Numbered from the stretch's first letter, positions 19,098 to 29,176 are shown. The stretch is DNA of 64,000 bases from Desulfosudaceae bacterium (GCA_963674745.2 CAXXDV010000001.1:2560001-2624000), one strand, 5' to 3'. Program-made: numbers and translations. The notes: generated from the sequence alone by a model not told the origin.

Positions 19098-20594
19098 TCA
19101 TTTCAGATTTCCCTGGACCTGAGCGGCGATTTTACCGAAAAGTAACCATTCGTATCCTGTGGTAAACCAACGCTGTTTGAGACGGAAGAGAGCGTCATAG
19201 CGCAAAAAGAAACTCCCCAGCCACCAAAGCCATCTCCAGTACCAAGCGCCCAGTTTTTTGTTTTGAAAGAAGATCCCGTAGGAGTGGAACCGTTCATAAA
19301 TAAATAAAAAGAGAACAATCTTTGATAATACTGTCAAACGCTGTTTTGATGCTTGCGATAGCCAGGGAAGATTGACTGCGTCTGAAAACTGCCATTCTTG
19401 CCATGCTTCCAGATTGTCAAAAGGTGTGTATCCATATTTTTGGGCCTCGTCAAAAAGTGCGGTGCCCGGGTAGGGTGTAAAGAGGTACATTCCGTTGATT
19501 TCCACTATCGGTGAGATCGTTTTGAGGGCTTCATATAAGGTAATTGTTTTTTCCAGGTCTATTTCCTCTTCTCCCGGGATACCGATGACAAAGCTGAAGA
19601 CCGGAGTCATACCATGCCGAACGCAATTCTGAGCAGTTTTGACAATATCGGCGGTGGTGATATCTTTCTGTATTTTATCCAGTATGCGTTGGGAGCCGGA
19701 TTCAGCCCCGATGGCTATATATCTGAAACCTGCTTTGGCAAGTAAAGAAAGTTCTTGATCCGTATAGCTGGAAAAACAGTCCGCTCGGGCTTGAGTAAAA
19801 ATTTCAATTATCAATCCTTTGTCTAGAAGGTTTTTAGCAAAATCCAGTACACGTTGTTTGTCGGCAAAAAAATTATCATCACAGATAAAGAATTTATGAA
19901 GACCAAAATCTTTAATAATCTGCTGAATTTCATGAAGAGAATGCTGCAGGGGTTTGGCGCGCCATTGCCGACGATGAAATTTATGGACGTAACAGAAGCT
20001 GCACCGATAGGGGCAGCCCCGGCTGGTTTCAATGGTGAAATACTGGAAACTATCTTGATAATGGTGAAGTTCAATCAGGTCATAGGCGGGGATCGCCAGA
20101 TCCGCCATATTAAGAAAAGGGCGCTCTCTGTTGGATAACACGTGGTCGCGATTTTTGAAGACCAATCCGGGAATATCGGAAAACGGGGTTTTGTCGCGCA
20201 ACGCGCAAGCCAGTTCATAAAGAGTGATTTCGCCTTCACCCCGGACAATGAAATCCACCAGCTTGGATTGGCAGGTCTGATGAGGGAAAAAGGTCGGATG
20301 TGGTCCGCCCCAGACGATTGGCGCACAATGGTTTGCACGGATATGTCGGCAGATGGTAATCGCTGCCACCAACTGCTCCCCGGTTTTGACGGACAGTCCA
20401 ATCAGGTCGTAGTCATCGTAATTTAGATTTTGATAGCCGCTATTACTGAGCCGGGAGTCAAAAATATCTACCGCAATTCCTCGATCTCTCAGATAAGAGG
20501 CCAATACCAGTATTGAAAAAGGAATAGTGGGATTATGTTGCCTGCGTCCTGGAAATATTAATAGTACTTTCATGGATATCTTTTTCAATTTCAT
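19098..20594 (-). CDS. B12-binding radical SAM protein
   Basis: VLLIFP, VWGGPHPT, GEGE, TSRGCPYRCSFC, DDNF, GAESGS, PYPGT. Confidence 0.92.
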   Translation of the reverse strand: MKLKKISMKVLLIFPGRRQHNPTIPFSILVLASYLRDRGIAVDIFDSRLSNSGYQNLNYDDYDLIGLSVKTGEQLVAAITICRHIRANHCAPIVWGGPHPTFFPHQTCQSKLVDFIVRGEGEITLYELACALRDKTPFSDIPGLVFKNRDHVLSNRERPFLNMADLAIPAYDLIELHHYQDSFQYFTIETSRGCPYRCSFCYVHKFHRRQWRAKPLQHSLHEIQQIIKDFGLHKFFICDDNFFADKQRVLDFAKNLLDKGLIIEIFTQARADCFSSYTDQELSLLAKAGFRYIAIGAESGSQRILDKIQKDITTADIVKTAQNCVRHGMTPVFSFVIGIPGEEEIDLEKTITLYEALKTISPIVEINGMYLFTPYPGTALFDEAQKYGYTPFDNLEAWQEWQFSDAVNLPWLSQASKQRLTVLSKIVLFLFIYERFHSYGIFFQNKKLGAWYWRWLWWLGSFFLRYDALFRLKQRWFTTGYEWLLFGKIAAQVQGNLK

Positions 20595-20834
20595 TTATGT
20601 CCAAAAATAAACGTTATTTATTGAACTTATTCTTCCTGTGGATAAAGTTGATTTTTATTGGCTAAAAAAATACCCCCAAGAAGGCATTAAGAAATGGTAT
20701 GATATGGGCGCCTTTTCAGTCAACTGCTTGCCGTTTTTGATCGTAATAAAATTGAAGAACCGGTTATGAGCAACAGGCCGGGAAAAATTTAAAAGCGTTT
20801 AAGCCCAATTTAGCCCCCTTGCCTTTTGACAAGT

Positions 20835-22604
20835 TCAGAGCCCAGTGACTTTGTCATCTGTATGCTGGGGCAAAGGATGTAATGTCTGCCCATTATTCTC
20901 TTTTAAACGCTCCATAATAAGCCGACGGTTTTTGATGGCCGTCTGATAACGATGGTTTTTTTTGATGGCCAGGTCGAGGTAAGATAAAGCCTTCAAGTAG
21001 TCTCCACGCTCATACATTATCAGAGCCAGATTGTTAAGGGTTTGAAAAAGATCGGGATTGATTTCCAGAGCCTTCCTGTATAGCGCTATGGCCTTATCCA
21101 CCTGTCCCGTTTGTGTCATTAAATCCGCCAGTCCATGACAGGCCGGAACGTAGTCTGGAGAAAGCCGCAGGGCTTTCTCATACTGTCGGCGTGCTTCTTC
21201 TGTCATGCCGGCAAAAGCCATGGCTTGGGCCAGTTTGGTAAGCCCCAGGGGGCTATCGGGGGAGAGCCGCAGAAACTGACGGTAGTGGTGGATGGCTTTG
21301 TCGAAATCCTTTTTTCCCATATAAACATCGCCCAGATTAACGTGGACTTTTTTATTGTCCGGATGAATGGATAGCGCATGAGTGAAAATGGATTCGCTGT
21401 TTTTCCAGTATCCGGTCTGCCGGTAAGCCAGGGGAATCAGCATGGACAAGATAATGATGCCGGTAAGCAGAAACAGGCCGCGACCGTATTTAAGCGGGAA
21501 AAGAGCTGATGACAGGCCAAAAGAAGCGATAACAAAAATACCGATTAACGGAATATACAGATGATGGTCTTCTACCGACCGGCCGGATAAAAAAATCATG
21601 AGTATAACCGGGGCTGAAGCCCCCCAGAACCAGAACCAGCCGGTGAAGATATATTTATGATTATGTGTTTTCAACATGATGGCCAGGGAGATCGCCAAAA
21701 ATACCCCCAGCAGGACTGCTGCGCCCCACATAGGGGCTGCCGGCGGCGCGGGACGGCATATGGCTAAATCGATCGGGTAAAATGTTTTTGTTAAATGGCC
21801 GACAAAGTCCATAATTGATCCGGGATGAAAACTCAAAGAAACAGGTGTCGCTCTTTGATATTGTCCTGTATAAAGAACTTTTTGAATTGTCCATAGGAGC
21901 GGGGGCAGGATCGCCAGGGGGATTTTTTCGACAAGCACCGGGTTCCGGCGAAATCCAAGCGTTAATTTTCTGATACCAACCCGATCCAGGCTGAAGCGGC
22001 GGAAAGGCCAATAGTCGAGAAGGAACAGTAGGAATGGCAGTATCGCAATTGTCGGTTTGCACATCAGTCCCAGAATAAAGGGTGGAAATAGAATCAGGTA
22101 CCATTTCAATACAGGGTTCCTGGCGTAAATGGCATAACAAAGTAAACAGATCATCAGGAAGAAGGCTTCCAGCAGACCGTTAAAACCGGCCAGCCAGCTG
22201 ACTGCTTCCACATTGATCGGATGGATTGTAAAAAGTAGTGCGCAGAATCCGCTTTCATATCTTTTTTTGGTGGTTAACCGAAGAAACAGAAAAAACATCA
22301 AGGCGATGGCCAGATGTAAATAAAGCGAAAATAAATGGTGCTTTCCCGGATTTGCACCGGGAAGATCCCATAACAACATTCTGACAATATAGGGAACTGG
22401 AACTTGGTAGGGGCTGTATTTTAAAGGATTATAGAATGCTTGACCGGCTTTTTCCAGGGAAAACCCGTTGGTTAAAAAAGGATCGAACATACTCAAAATA
22501 TCATCGTAAAAGATATAATCATAATTGCAAAGTTGTGCATATACGATTAATCCAATCGTGATAATCATCAGACATATAATTGTTTCAGGAAAATATCTTT
22601 TCAT
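20835..22604 (-). CDS. TMTC-like membrane glycosyltransferase (GT-C) with C-terminal TPRs
   Basis: YDD in the first loop, HPINVEAVSW, KP...LP..L..LDYWP, W.NSE.IF..AL, then several TPR repeats. Confidence 0.8.
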   Translation of the reverse strand: MKRYFPETIICLMIITIGLIVYAQLCNYDYIFYDDILSMFDPFLTNGFSLEKAGQAFYNPLKYSPYQVPVPYIVRMLLWDLPGANPGKHHLFSLYLHLAIALMFFLFLRLTTKKRYESGFCALLFTIHPINVEAVSWLAGFNGLLEAFFLMICLLCYAIYARNPVLKWYLILFPPFILGLMCKPTIAILPFLLFLLDYWPFRRFSLDRVGIRKLTLGFRRNPVLVEKIPLAILPPLLWTIQKVLYTGQYQRATPVSLSFHPGSIMDFVGHLTKTFYPIDLAICRPAPPAAPMWGAAVLLGVFLAISLAIMLKTHNHKYIFTGWFWFWGASAPVILMIFLSGRSVEDHHLYIPLIGIFVIASFGLSSALFPLKYGRGLFLLTGIIILSMLIPLAYRQTGYWKNSESIFTHALSIHPDNKKVHVNLGDVYMGKKDFDKAIHHYRQFLRLSPDSPLGLTKLAQAMAFAGMTEEARRQYEKALRLSPDYVPACHGLADLMTQTGQVDKAIALYRKALEINPDLFQTLNNLALIMYERGDYLKALSYLDLAIKKNHRYQTAIKNRRLIMERLKENNGQTLHPLPQHTDDKVTGL

Positions 22605-22617
22605 ATCAGCTTATCCG

Positions 22618-23697
22618 TTATCCGGACTGTCGGGCCAGTTTGGAAAACAGGGTGGCTGCAACTGTTTTGACGGCCTGCAGATCATATGAGAAAAATTCAT
22701 TTTTCAGGTCCTGAACACTCTGGCGACAGAACAGGCAGTCATTTTGATCCAGGCTGTTCCAGGCGCCCTTGACGCCTTCGGTACGGATGCTTCGGCCGTT
22801 CATGCCGCGTCCCAGCAGCATGGGGCAGGGATACATGATGCCGTTGCTGTCAATAAAAGCGTGGCTGCGTGCAATATGGCAGGGGCGGTAATCATACCCC
22901 GGCGGCAAAACGTCGTTTTTTTCAAAAATTCTGTCCAGGGGGACGTCCGGCGGAAAGTTAATAATGTTGTCCAGCAAATGGAATGTCTTATCCACCGGGT
23001 AGCCCTTTTTCTTAAAGTCGCGGACGTTGATCCAGAACTGCCGTAATTCCGGGGGGGACATGACAAAGGCCTTGTCATGTTCACGGGTAACGGCCTGCTC
23101 GCAAAGGCCCAGACTGGTGTTCCATGATCCGGCCAGATCCAGCAGGAATTCCAGGCTGCCGGCATTGTTTTTATTAAACACGGTCCGCATCTGGATGGGG
23201 ATGCCGTTTTTCCGGCACAAATCCATGCTTTCCATGATTTTCCCATAGGATCCCCGTCCCCGGTTTTTTTCCATGTCCGTTTCGGTGCCGTCGATACTGT
23301 GGCAGACATAACTGACTTTTTTTAAAGCGTCCAGCCGTCTGGCCGTGAAATAACCGTTGGTAATGACCTCAACGATAATCTGTTTGCGGGCGATATAGTC
23401 AATGATGTCACCCACGTCCTCCCTGAGCAGTGGTTCTCCACCAAGCAGGACAATATAACGGGTGCCCATGCGGTAAAGCTCATCAACGATATGAAAGATT
23501 TCCTGTAGCGAAAATTCATTCTCATCTTTTCTATGAGGAGAGTCGGGAAAACAGTAAACACATTTCAGGTTGCATCTGGGGGTAATAAACAACCCGACAT
23601 ATAAAGGGATACGCTGGCCCGTGACAAAGGCCCGGGTATATTGAGCAGCCGCTTTTACAAGCGTTCGGCTGCCGGCAAAAGATCGCCCGACGTTCAT
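22618..23697 (-). CDS. Radical SAM protein with SPASM/twitch domain
   Basis: CNLKCVYC, GGEPLL, TNG, SIDG; C-terminal PC...YPC...CLFC. Start taken at ATG 23697 (AGAAGG RBS) rather than 23853. Confidence 0.88.
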   Translation of the reverse strand: MNVGRSFAGSRTLVKAAAQYTRAFVTGQRIPLYVGLFITPRCNLKCVYCFPDSPHRKDENEFSLQEIFHIVDELYRMGTRYIVLLGGEPLLREDVGDIIDYIARKQIIVEVITNGYFTARRLDALKKVSYVCHSIDGTETDMEKNRGRGSYGKIMESMDLCRKNGIPIQMRTVFNKNNAGSLEFLLDLAGSWNTSLGLCEQAVTREHDKAFVMSPPELRQFWINVRDFKKKGYPVDKTFHLLDNIINFPPDVPLDRIFEKNDVLPPGYDYRPCHIARSHAFIDSNGIMYPCPMLLGRGMNGRSIRTEGVKGAWNSLDQNDCLFCRQSVQDLKNEFFSYDLQAVKTVAATLFSKLARQSG

Positions 23698-23901
23698 GGA
23701 CAACACCTTCTGATATTTTTCCGATTGATGGCAAGTTATGATCATACCCGTGATGCCGCTTGAATGCAAGAATGGAACGATAACCGGACATTGCTTTTTC
23801 GCGGGAAACCGATTATCTTGATCGAAATAATAATCGTCAAAAACGTTATGCAATTATTCGAATCGGCCGGGTAATGGCTGGGTGGGGGTATATTTTAATC
23901 T

Positions 23902-25212
23902 ATGAGCGATTCGCTTAGAAATGGTAATCCCGGCCGGCCATCTGTTTACCGACGAATGATACCCCTTTACGTTGTTGCGGCCGCGTCAGTGCTGCTTGTC
24001 TGTTTCCAGAAGTTGATATCGCCAAGAATCGGCTTTGTCGGTTATACCGGAAGCGCGTTTTATCTTCAGGATTTCGCTTACCATATTATCCTGACAGACC
24101 ATTTCTGGTTTAAGGAAGCCGGTAACTTTTATGATTTGAATTTTCAGCTTCAAGCGCTTTCATCGTATATGGGCAGGCCGGCTCTGGCAGCAATGCCAGT
24201 GGGTGTGACGCCGTTGGCATTTATTGTCTGGATGCCGTTCGCGTATATTGCCGATTACAGCCTCTCTTTTGCCTACAGCCTGTGGATGACCGTTTCTATA
24301 GTTGTATTGGTGTCGGCACTGTGGAAAATATGGGCTTCCCTATCTCCGGTTAGGTCGTTTCAGATCCTGCCGCTGGTGTTGATCGGAATTTCCCTCTTTT
24401 CACTTGTTGCCGTGTCGACCGTTGTCGTGGGGCAGACCTCTATCTTTACGGCGGGCATTCTTTGTCTCATTTTTTACAGGATTATGTACTGTCATAACAG
24501 TGCCGACGATCGCCAGGTCGACTGGCTGGTTATTTTTCTGGTCTTGCTGGGAGGTATGAAGCCGCCTTACCTGATTATCGGTTTCGGAAGTCTATTGGTT
24601 TATGGAAGGTGGGGGGATGTTGCCCGGGCAGCCGGCATTCTGCTGCTTGTGCTGGTGGTAATGACACCCATGATGACGGCGGGGTGGCCGGAAGCCTACT
24701 TGCATATGCTGCAAATGTACGGAGGCAAAAATTTTCCCGATATATACGCCTGGGCTGTTGTTCCCCGGACAATGAATATTTTCCGGAGCGCGATATCCGG
24801 CTTGACCGGCGACAGGATCGCCGTCGTGGGGTCGTCGATAATTAGCATTCTGGTTTTTTCGGGTATTTTTATTTTCAGCCTGGCCAAGGCCAGGTTTGCC
24901 CCCAAGCTGCGAACGAAGCTGGTTGCGGGGCTTATAGCCTGCTGTCTATTGTTTGCACCTTATATGGGGGCTTATGAAGATATGCTGATGATCCCGATTT
25001 TTGTTATTGTTCTGTTGACAGGTGAAGCCAAGCCCTTTTCCAGTTGTCAGAGCATCGTTATATGCGTCGCTTTATTCCTCTGTCTTCTCCATGGCTTGCC
25101 GGTCTTGCCGCATACGGGCGTATCTTTTCTTCTGAAAGTGGCAGTGCTGGCGAGTATGGTTCGTTATGCAGGCAATCAGAAACAAAGAAACCCGGACTGT
25201 GATCGTTTGTAA
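23902..25212 (+). CDS. GT87/DUF2029-like polytopic membrane glycosyltransferase
   Basis: About 10-11 TM segments; QDF near the N-terminus, GQ, KP and PY...YED motifs. Confidence 0.65.
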   Translation: MSDSLRNGNPGRPSVYRRMIPLYVVAAASVLLVCFQKLISPRIGFVGYTGSAFYLQDFAYHIILTDHFWFKEAGNFYDLNFQLQALSSYMGRPALAAMPVGVTPLAFIVWMPFAYIADYSLSFAYSLWMTVSIVVLVSALWKIWASLSPVRSFQILPLVLIGISLFSLVAVSTVVVGQTSIFTAGILCLIFYRIMYCHNSADDRQVDWLVIFLVLLGGMKPPYLIIGFGSLLVYGRWGDVARAAGILLLVLVVMTPMMTAGWPEAYLHMLQMYGGKNFPDIYAWAVVPRTMNIFRSAISGLTGDRIAVVGSSIISILVFSGIFIFSLAKARFAPKLRTKLVAGLIACCLLFAPYMGAYEDMLMIPIFVIVLLTGEAKPFSSCQSIVICVALFLCLLHGLPVLPHTGVSFLLKVAVLASMVRYAGNQKQRNPDCDRL

Positions 25213-25219
25213 TGGAAGC

Positions 25220-27166
25220 TTACTGCCTGGGGCCACAGGAACTGATCAGTTCCTGGAAAGCCGGGATTCGACGGATATTGTCCAGGTCTTTATCAATCGC
25301 CAGAAGCTCGAAGTGTGTAAACCCGGCAGCAATGCTTTTCCTCAGCCAGGCCATGGCTGTTGCCGGATCGTTCTTCAACGCGAAAAGGCAGGCCAGGTTG
25401 TAAGTTGTGGTAATGCTGTATTCGGGCTTCCTGTCAAGCAGCTGTTTGTATACGGCGACAGCCTCATCATACCGGCCTTCTGTTTTATAAATGCCGGCTA
25501 GCATCTCGGCGGTTTTGACATGACCGGGCTCAATGGACAGGGCCTGTTTGAAATTCCTGACGGCATCATCTGTTTTCCGGTCGTTTAGCATAATCAGGCC
25601 CATGAGATGATATATGAGGGCGGCGTTTTTATAGTCCGGGTTAATATCCAGAACACGTTGGAAATGTGTCAGCGCCCGTTTGGGGTCACCTTTGGTTAGC
25701 ATCGTCCTGGCCATGTTATAATGGGCCTCCGCGAATTCCGGCCGGTGTTCGATGGCCCGGGCAAAATGCGTCAGGGCGGCATCGGTCTTTCCTTCTGCCG
25801 TCAGCAATACCCCCAGGTTGTTATGGGCCTGAGGAAATTCCGGATGGATCGCCAGTGCCCGGTCGAGGTGAGGTCTGGCCTCCTCGATCCGTCCCTTCTC
25901 CACCAGGGCTCTGGCCAGGTTGTTATGGGCGGCGTAATTGTCAGCGGTTACGGACAGCGCCTGCCGGAAAATTGTCTCGCTGTCCTGCCAGTGGCCCAGT
26001 TGACGACGGGAAAACAGACCAAGTGTCGTCAGTATGATCAGAATGAGTAAAACGGTCAGGGCTTTTTTTACAGGCCGGTGTCGGAACGTCTCCGCAAGAC
26101 CCCAGACGACAGCGATCATAATACCGATACCGGGAATATAGGCGTAACGGTCGGCCATGGCGTGTCCGCCTAAAGGAATGATCCCGATCACCGGTAACAG
26201 GGCGATGAGAAACCAGAACCATCCGCAAACAGCATAGGGCATTTTCTTGCGCCGGATGATGACCAGGAGGCTGATCAGCACCAGCAATGAGGCGCCGCCG
26301 GCAGCGTTTACCCAGTTTATAGCCGGCGGCCAGGGGTAGAAAACGGCCAGGCCGGAAGGCCGGAACAGGCGGCCAAGATAGGTCATGTAGCTGATCAGGG
26401 CATTGCCAATCCGGTCGATAAACGGGATTGCGGACAGGGTCGGCAGGGCGTCGGCCTGCTGCTGGGTAATCATGGCAACGATTCCGATGACCAGAGAAAG
26501 CATCAGCAGGGGCAGTTTTTCTTTGAAAAGAGATATCGGGGACTCATTCTGAAATCGGTTCAGCGGCCAGTAATCCAGCAGCAGGAATATTAATGGCAGT
26601 GTGACCGGCATGGGTTTGGCCATCATGCCCAGGAAAAAACATATTACAGTCAGCAGGTATCTGCCGGCGGATTTTCGCCGGACATATCCCGCATAGGCGA
26701 AAATGGCCAGCAGCCAGAAAAAGGCCGCCAGCAGGCCTTTGCGACAGGCGATATAGGCTACCGGTTCAACGTTGAGCGGGTGCAGGGCAAATACGGCAGC
26801 CACCAGCCAGCTCCGGTAAAAAGAACCGGTCAGGGACCGTAATACGAAAAACAACAGCAGGACATTGAATATATGAAGGACCAGGCTGGTCAAATGGTGC
26901 CCGGCCGGACGCGGGCCATATAGTTGGTAGTCGGTCATGTGAGACAGCCAGGTCAGCGGCATCCACATGCAGTCGTGCAGGGTAAAGGCCCGCTGTATGT
27001 TCTTCAGCGTCAATCCCCCGGGGACATGATGCCGTTCGATAAAAAAAGGATCATCCATGTTCAGAAAATCGTATCCCTTGACGGGATAAAACAGGGCCAT
27101 GACCAGTGCCATCAGAAAAAGAACGGCCAGGATTGTTTTCGTGTTTCGTGTCATTATTTGACGCAT
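25220..27166 (-). CDS. TMTC-like membrane glycosyltransferase (GT-C) with C-terminal TPRs
   Basis: FLNMDD, WMPLTWLSHM.DY, HPLNVEPVAYIACRK, AKPM.VTLP, LLDYWPL, ADRYAYIP, WQDSE, many TPRs. Confidence 0.85.
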   Translation of the reverse strand: MRQIMTRNTKTILAVLFLMALVMALFYPVKGYDFLNMDDPFFIERHHVPGGLTLKNIQRAFTLHDCMWMPLTWLSHMTDYQLYGPRPAGHHLTSLVLHIFNVLLLFFVLRSLTGSFYRSWLVAAVFALHPLNVEPVAYIACRKGLLAAFFWLLAIFAYAGYVRRKSAGRYLLTVICFFLGMMAKPMPVTLPLIFLLLDYWPLNRFQNESPISLFKEKLPLLMLSLVIGIVAMITQQQADALPTLSAIPFIDRIGNALISYMTYLGRLFRPSGLAVFYPWPPAINWVNAAGGASLLVLISLLVIIRRKKMPYAVCGWFWFLIALLPVIGIIPLGGHAMADRYAYIPGIGIMIAVVWGLAETFRHRPVKKALTVLLILIILTTLGLFSRRQLGHWQDSETIFRQALSVTADNYAAHNNLARALVEKGRIEEARPHLDRALAIHPEFPQAHNNLGVLLTAEGKTDAALTHFARAIEHRPEFAEAHYNMARTMLTKGDPKRALTHFQRVLDINPDYKNAALIYHLMGLIMLNDRKTDDAVRNFKQALSIEPGHVKTAEMLAGIYKTEGRYDEAVAVYKQLLDRKPEYSITTTYNLACLFALKNDPATAMAWLRKSIAAGFTHFELLAIDKDLDNIRRIPAFQELISSCGPRQ

Positions 27167-27179
27167 CCGTTTTTCATTA

Positions 27180-28568
27180 TTATATCCGCCTGAGTTTGAG
27201 GAACAATTTTTTTATCCCCACCGGGCTGGTCAATGACCGCAATGTGAACCGGATTCTGGCGGGATACAGGTAGAAATAAACGTAAGCGATTTTTCTGAGT
27301 ATGGCCAGCCTGGCCGGGCTGATTTCGTGGACGCTCATGGCCGGCCGTTGAACATGGTTGTAATCATAGGCGTCAACATTTGACGGCTGTTGCCAGCCGG
27401 CGGCCACCAGATCATTAAACAACGACGAACCCGGTGTCGGGGTGGTCACGGAAAAAAGGGCTTCGGTCAGATCGGCTTTGGCCGCGAATCTGATCGTGTT
27501 CCAGACTTCCCGGGTGGTTTCCGTGGGCGCGCCCAGCATGAAAAAAGCGAATACCTGGACCCCCAGTTTTCTGGCATTTTCAAGCAGCCTGACGATGTCG
27601 CTGTATTGAATTTTTTTGTTGTAGATACCGTTGCGGATTCTGTCGGTAATGGATTCGATGCCGATTTTTATTTTTACCAGTCCGGCGGCTTTCATTTTTT
27701 CCATGGTGGTGTAATCAAGGGTGTCCGCCCGGGTATTGCAGGCCCAGGCGATATGGATATTCCGGTTTATCAGTTCCGTTGAAAAGCGTTCCAGCCAGCC
27801 GGGTACGACGGCGATCAAATCGTCGGCAAAGTAAAAGGCGTTAATGGCATATGTTTTTTGTAAATACCGGATATCGTCCGCAACCCGTTCCGGCGACCGG
27901 ATCCTGACCTTCCGGCCCAGGGTTTTGCGCACCGTCGGCTGACAGAAAGTACAATCATAAGGGCAACCCCGGGATATGGTCAGGGAAATCCCCCTGGCAT
28001 CCGGCCGGTAGGAATCGAGCTGGAAAAAATAGTTGATGTATCGTTCCATGTCAAACAAATCGAATGCCGGTGAGGGCAGGGCGTCGATATCCTCAATCAG
28101 CGGACGCGGCGGATTTTTCCGGACATCGCCGTCTTCTTTGTACCAGATGCCCTTTACATCCCTGAAATTTTTGTCCCTGTAAAAAGCGTCCACGTATTCT
28201 TTTAGGGTGACTTCCCCTTCGCCGATGCAGACGGCGTCAATGTCGGGAAATTTGATGATATCAGCGGCTGCTATGGTTGCCTGAGGCCCGCCGACAATGA
28301 CCAGGGATCCGTGGCGCCGGGCGATACGGGCGGCTTTTACCGCATTGGGCGCCATTAACACATCCATGAAAATACCGGTAATATCCGGTTTGAATCGGGC
28401 CAGTCGGTGGTCGATATGGTCAAAAGAGGGAGTGAAGCTGGTATCAATCAGATCGATGTTAATATCATTAATCTGTTCCCGGATATAGGCGGCAATCGTG
28501 GCCAGGCCGGTCGGCAGTTCTCCGGACGGGTAAAGAAACCGGGGAAAAATGAGGGCGATCTTTTTCAT
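27180..28568 (-). CDS. B12-binding radical SAM protein
   Basis: IALIFP, VGGPQAT, GEGE, SRGCPYDCTFC, ADD, GIES, MLGAPTET. Start taken at MKKIAL (ATG 28568); upstream TTG 28616 is possible. Confidence 0.9.
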   Translation of the reverse strand: MKKIALIFPRFLYPSGELPTGLATIAAYIREQINDINIDLIDTSFTPSFDHIDHRLARFKPDITGIFMDVLMAPNAVKAARIARRHGSLVIVGGPQATIAAADIIKFPDIDAVCIGEGEVTLKEYVDAFYRDKNFRDVKGIWYKEDGDVRKNPPRPLIEDIDALPSPAFDLFDMERYINYFFQLDSYRPDARGISLTISRGCPYDCTFCQPTVRKTLGRKVRIRSPERVADDIRYLQKTYAINAFYFADDLIAVVPGWLERFSTELINRNIHIAWACNTRADTLDYTTMEKMKAAGLVKIKIGIESITDRIRNGIYNKKIQYSDIVRLLENARKLGVQVFAFFMLGAPTETTREVWNTIRFAAKADLTEALFSVTTPTPGSSLFNDLVAAGWQQPSNVDAYDYNHVQRPAMSVHEISPARLAILRKIAYVYFYLYPARIRFTLRSLTSPVGIKKLFLKLRRI

Positions 28569-28668
28569 TTGATGGCAGACGTCATTGCCTCTGGGTTTGT
28601 TTTTTGCTTTGAACAATTTAAAAAATTTTTGCCATTATACAGCAGGAAGGGATGAAATACGAGGGTTT

Positions 28669-28712
28669 AAAAAAACAAAGCGGCAGGCCGATATTCCGGT
28701 CCTGCCGCTTTG
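28669..28712 (-). terminator. Intrinsic terminator downstream of hsp20
   Basis: 12-bp inverted repeat CAAAGCGGCAGG (28676-28687) / CCTGCCGCTTTG (28701-28712), followed by a T7 run on the minus strand. Confidence 0.85.
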
Positions 28713-28732
28713 ATGATTTACGTGCGATGAGA

Positions 28733-29176
28733 TTACAGGATTTTGATTTTTTTGGGTTTGGCGGCTTCTGCTTTCGGGATGCTGACCGTCAGAACGCCGT
28801 TTGTATAAACGGCATCGACTTTTTCCATGGATGCGTCTTCGGGCAGCAGCAGGCTTCTGGAAAAAGATCCGTAACGGCTTTCCATGTAGTGGTAATTTTC
28901 TTTTTCCTCTTTTTCTTCATACCGTTTTTCACCCTTGATGGTCAACACACCGTCGGTCAGCGAGATATCGATATCGTCTTTGCTGATCCCCGGCAGCTCC
29001 GCCTTGACCGTGTATTCATTCTCAGTTTCCGAAAAATCAACGGCCGGACGCCAGTCTTTTTCCCAGGTTGAAACCGTGGGCGCAAAATCATTAAAAAAGC
29101 TGTCAAACAGACTGGTTCGGGCCGGTTCCCGATGCCTTAGCCAAGTATTATTGAAGATGGGTAATAAAGCGTTCAT
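28733..29176 (-). CDS. Small heat-shock protein (Hsp20/alpha-crystallin)
   Basis: PAVD..E, AELPG, LTIKGEK, YGSFSR..LP, A.Y.NGVL...IPK; GGAGG RBS. Confidence 0.95.
   Translation of the reverse strand: MNALLPIFNNTWLRHREPARTSLFDSFFNDFAPTVSTWEKDWRPAVDFSETENEYTVKAELPGISKDDIDISLTDGVLTIKGEKRYEEKEEKENYHYMESRYGSFSRSLLLPEDASMEKVDAVYTNGVLTVSIPKAEAAKPKKIKIL

Noticed and set aside
23753..23821. 22-codon two-Cys ORF as a RiPP precursor for the SPASM enzymes
   Set aside because: No RBS, no peptidase, transporter or RRE genes nearby; the context is glycosyltransferases.
14619..28616. Hopanoid (hpn) cluster assignment
   Set aside because: No shc or hpnCDE genes are in the window and the motifs alone do not let me assign HpnJ/H/P; it cannot be excluded without a search.
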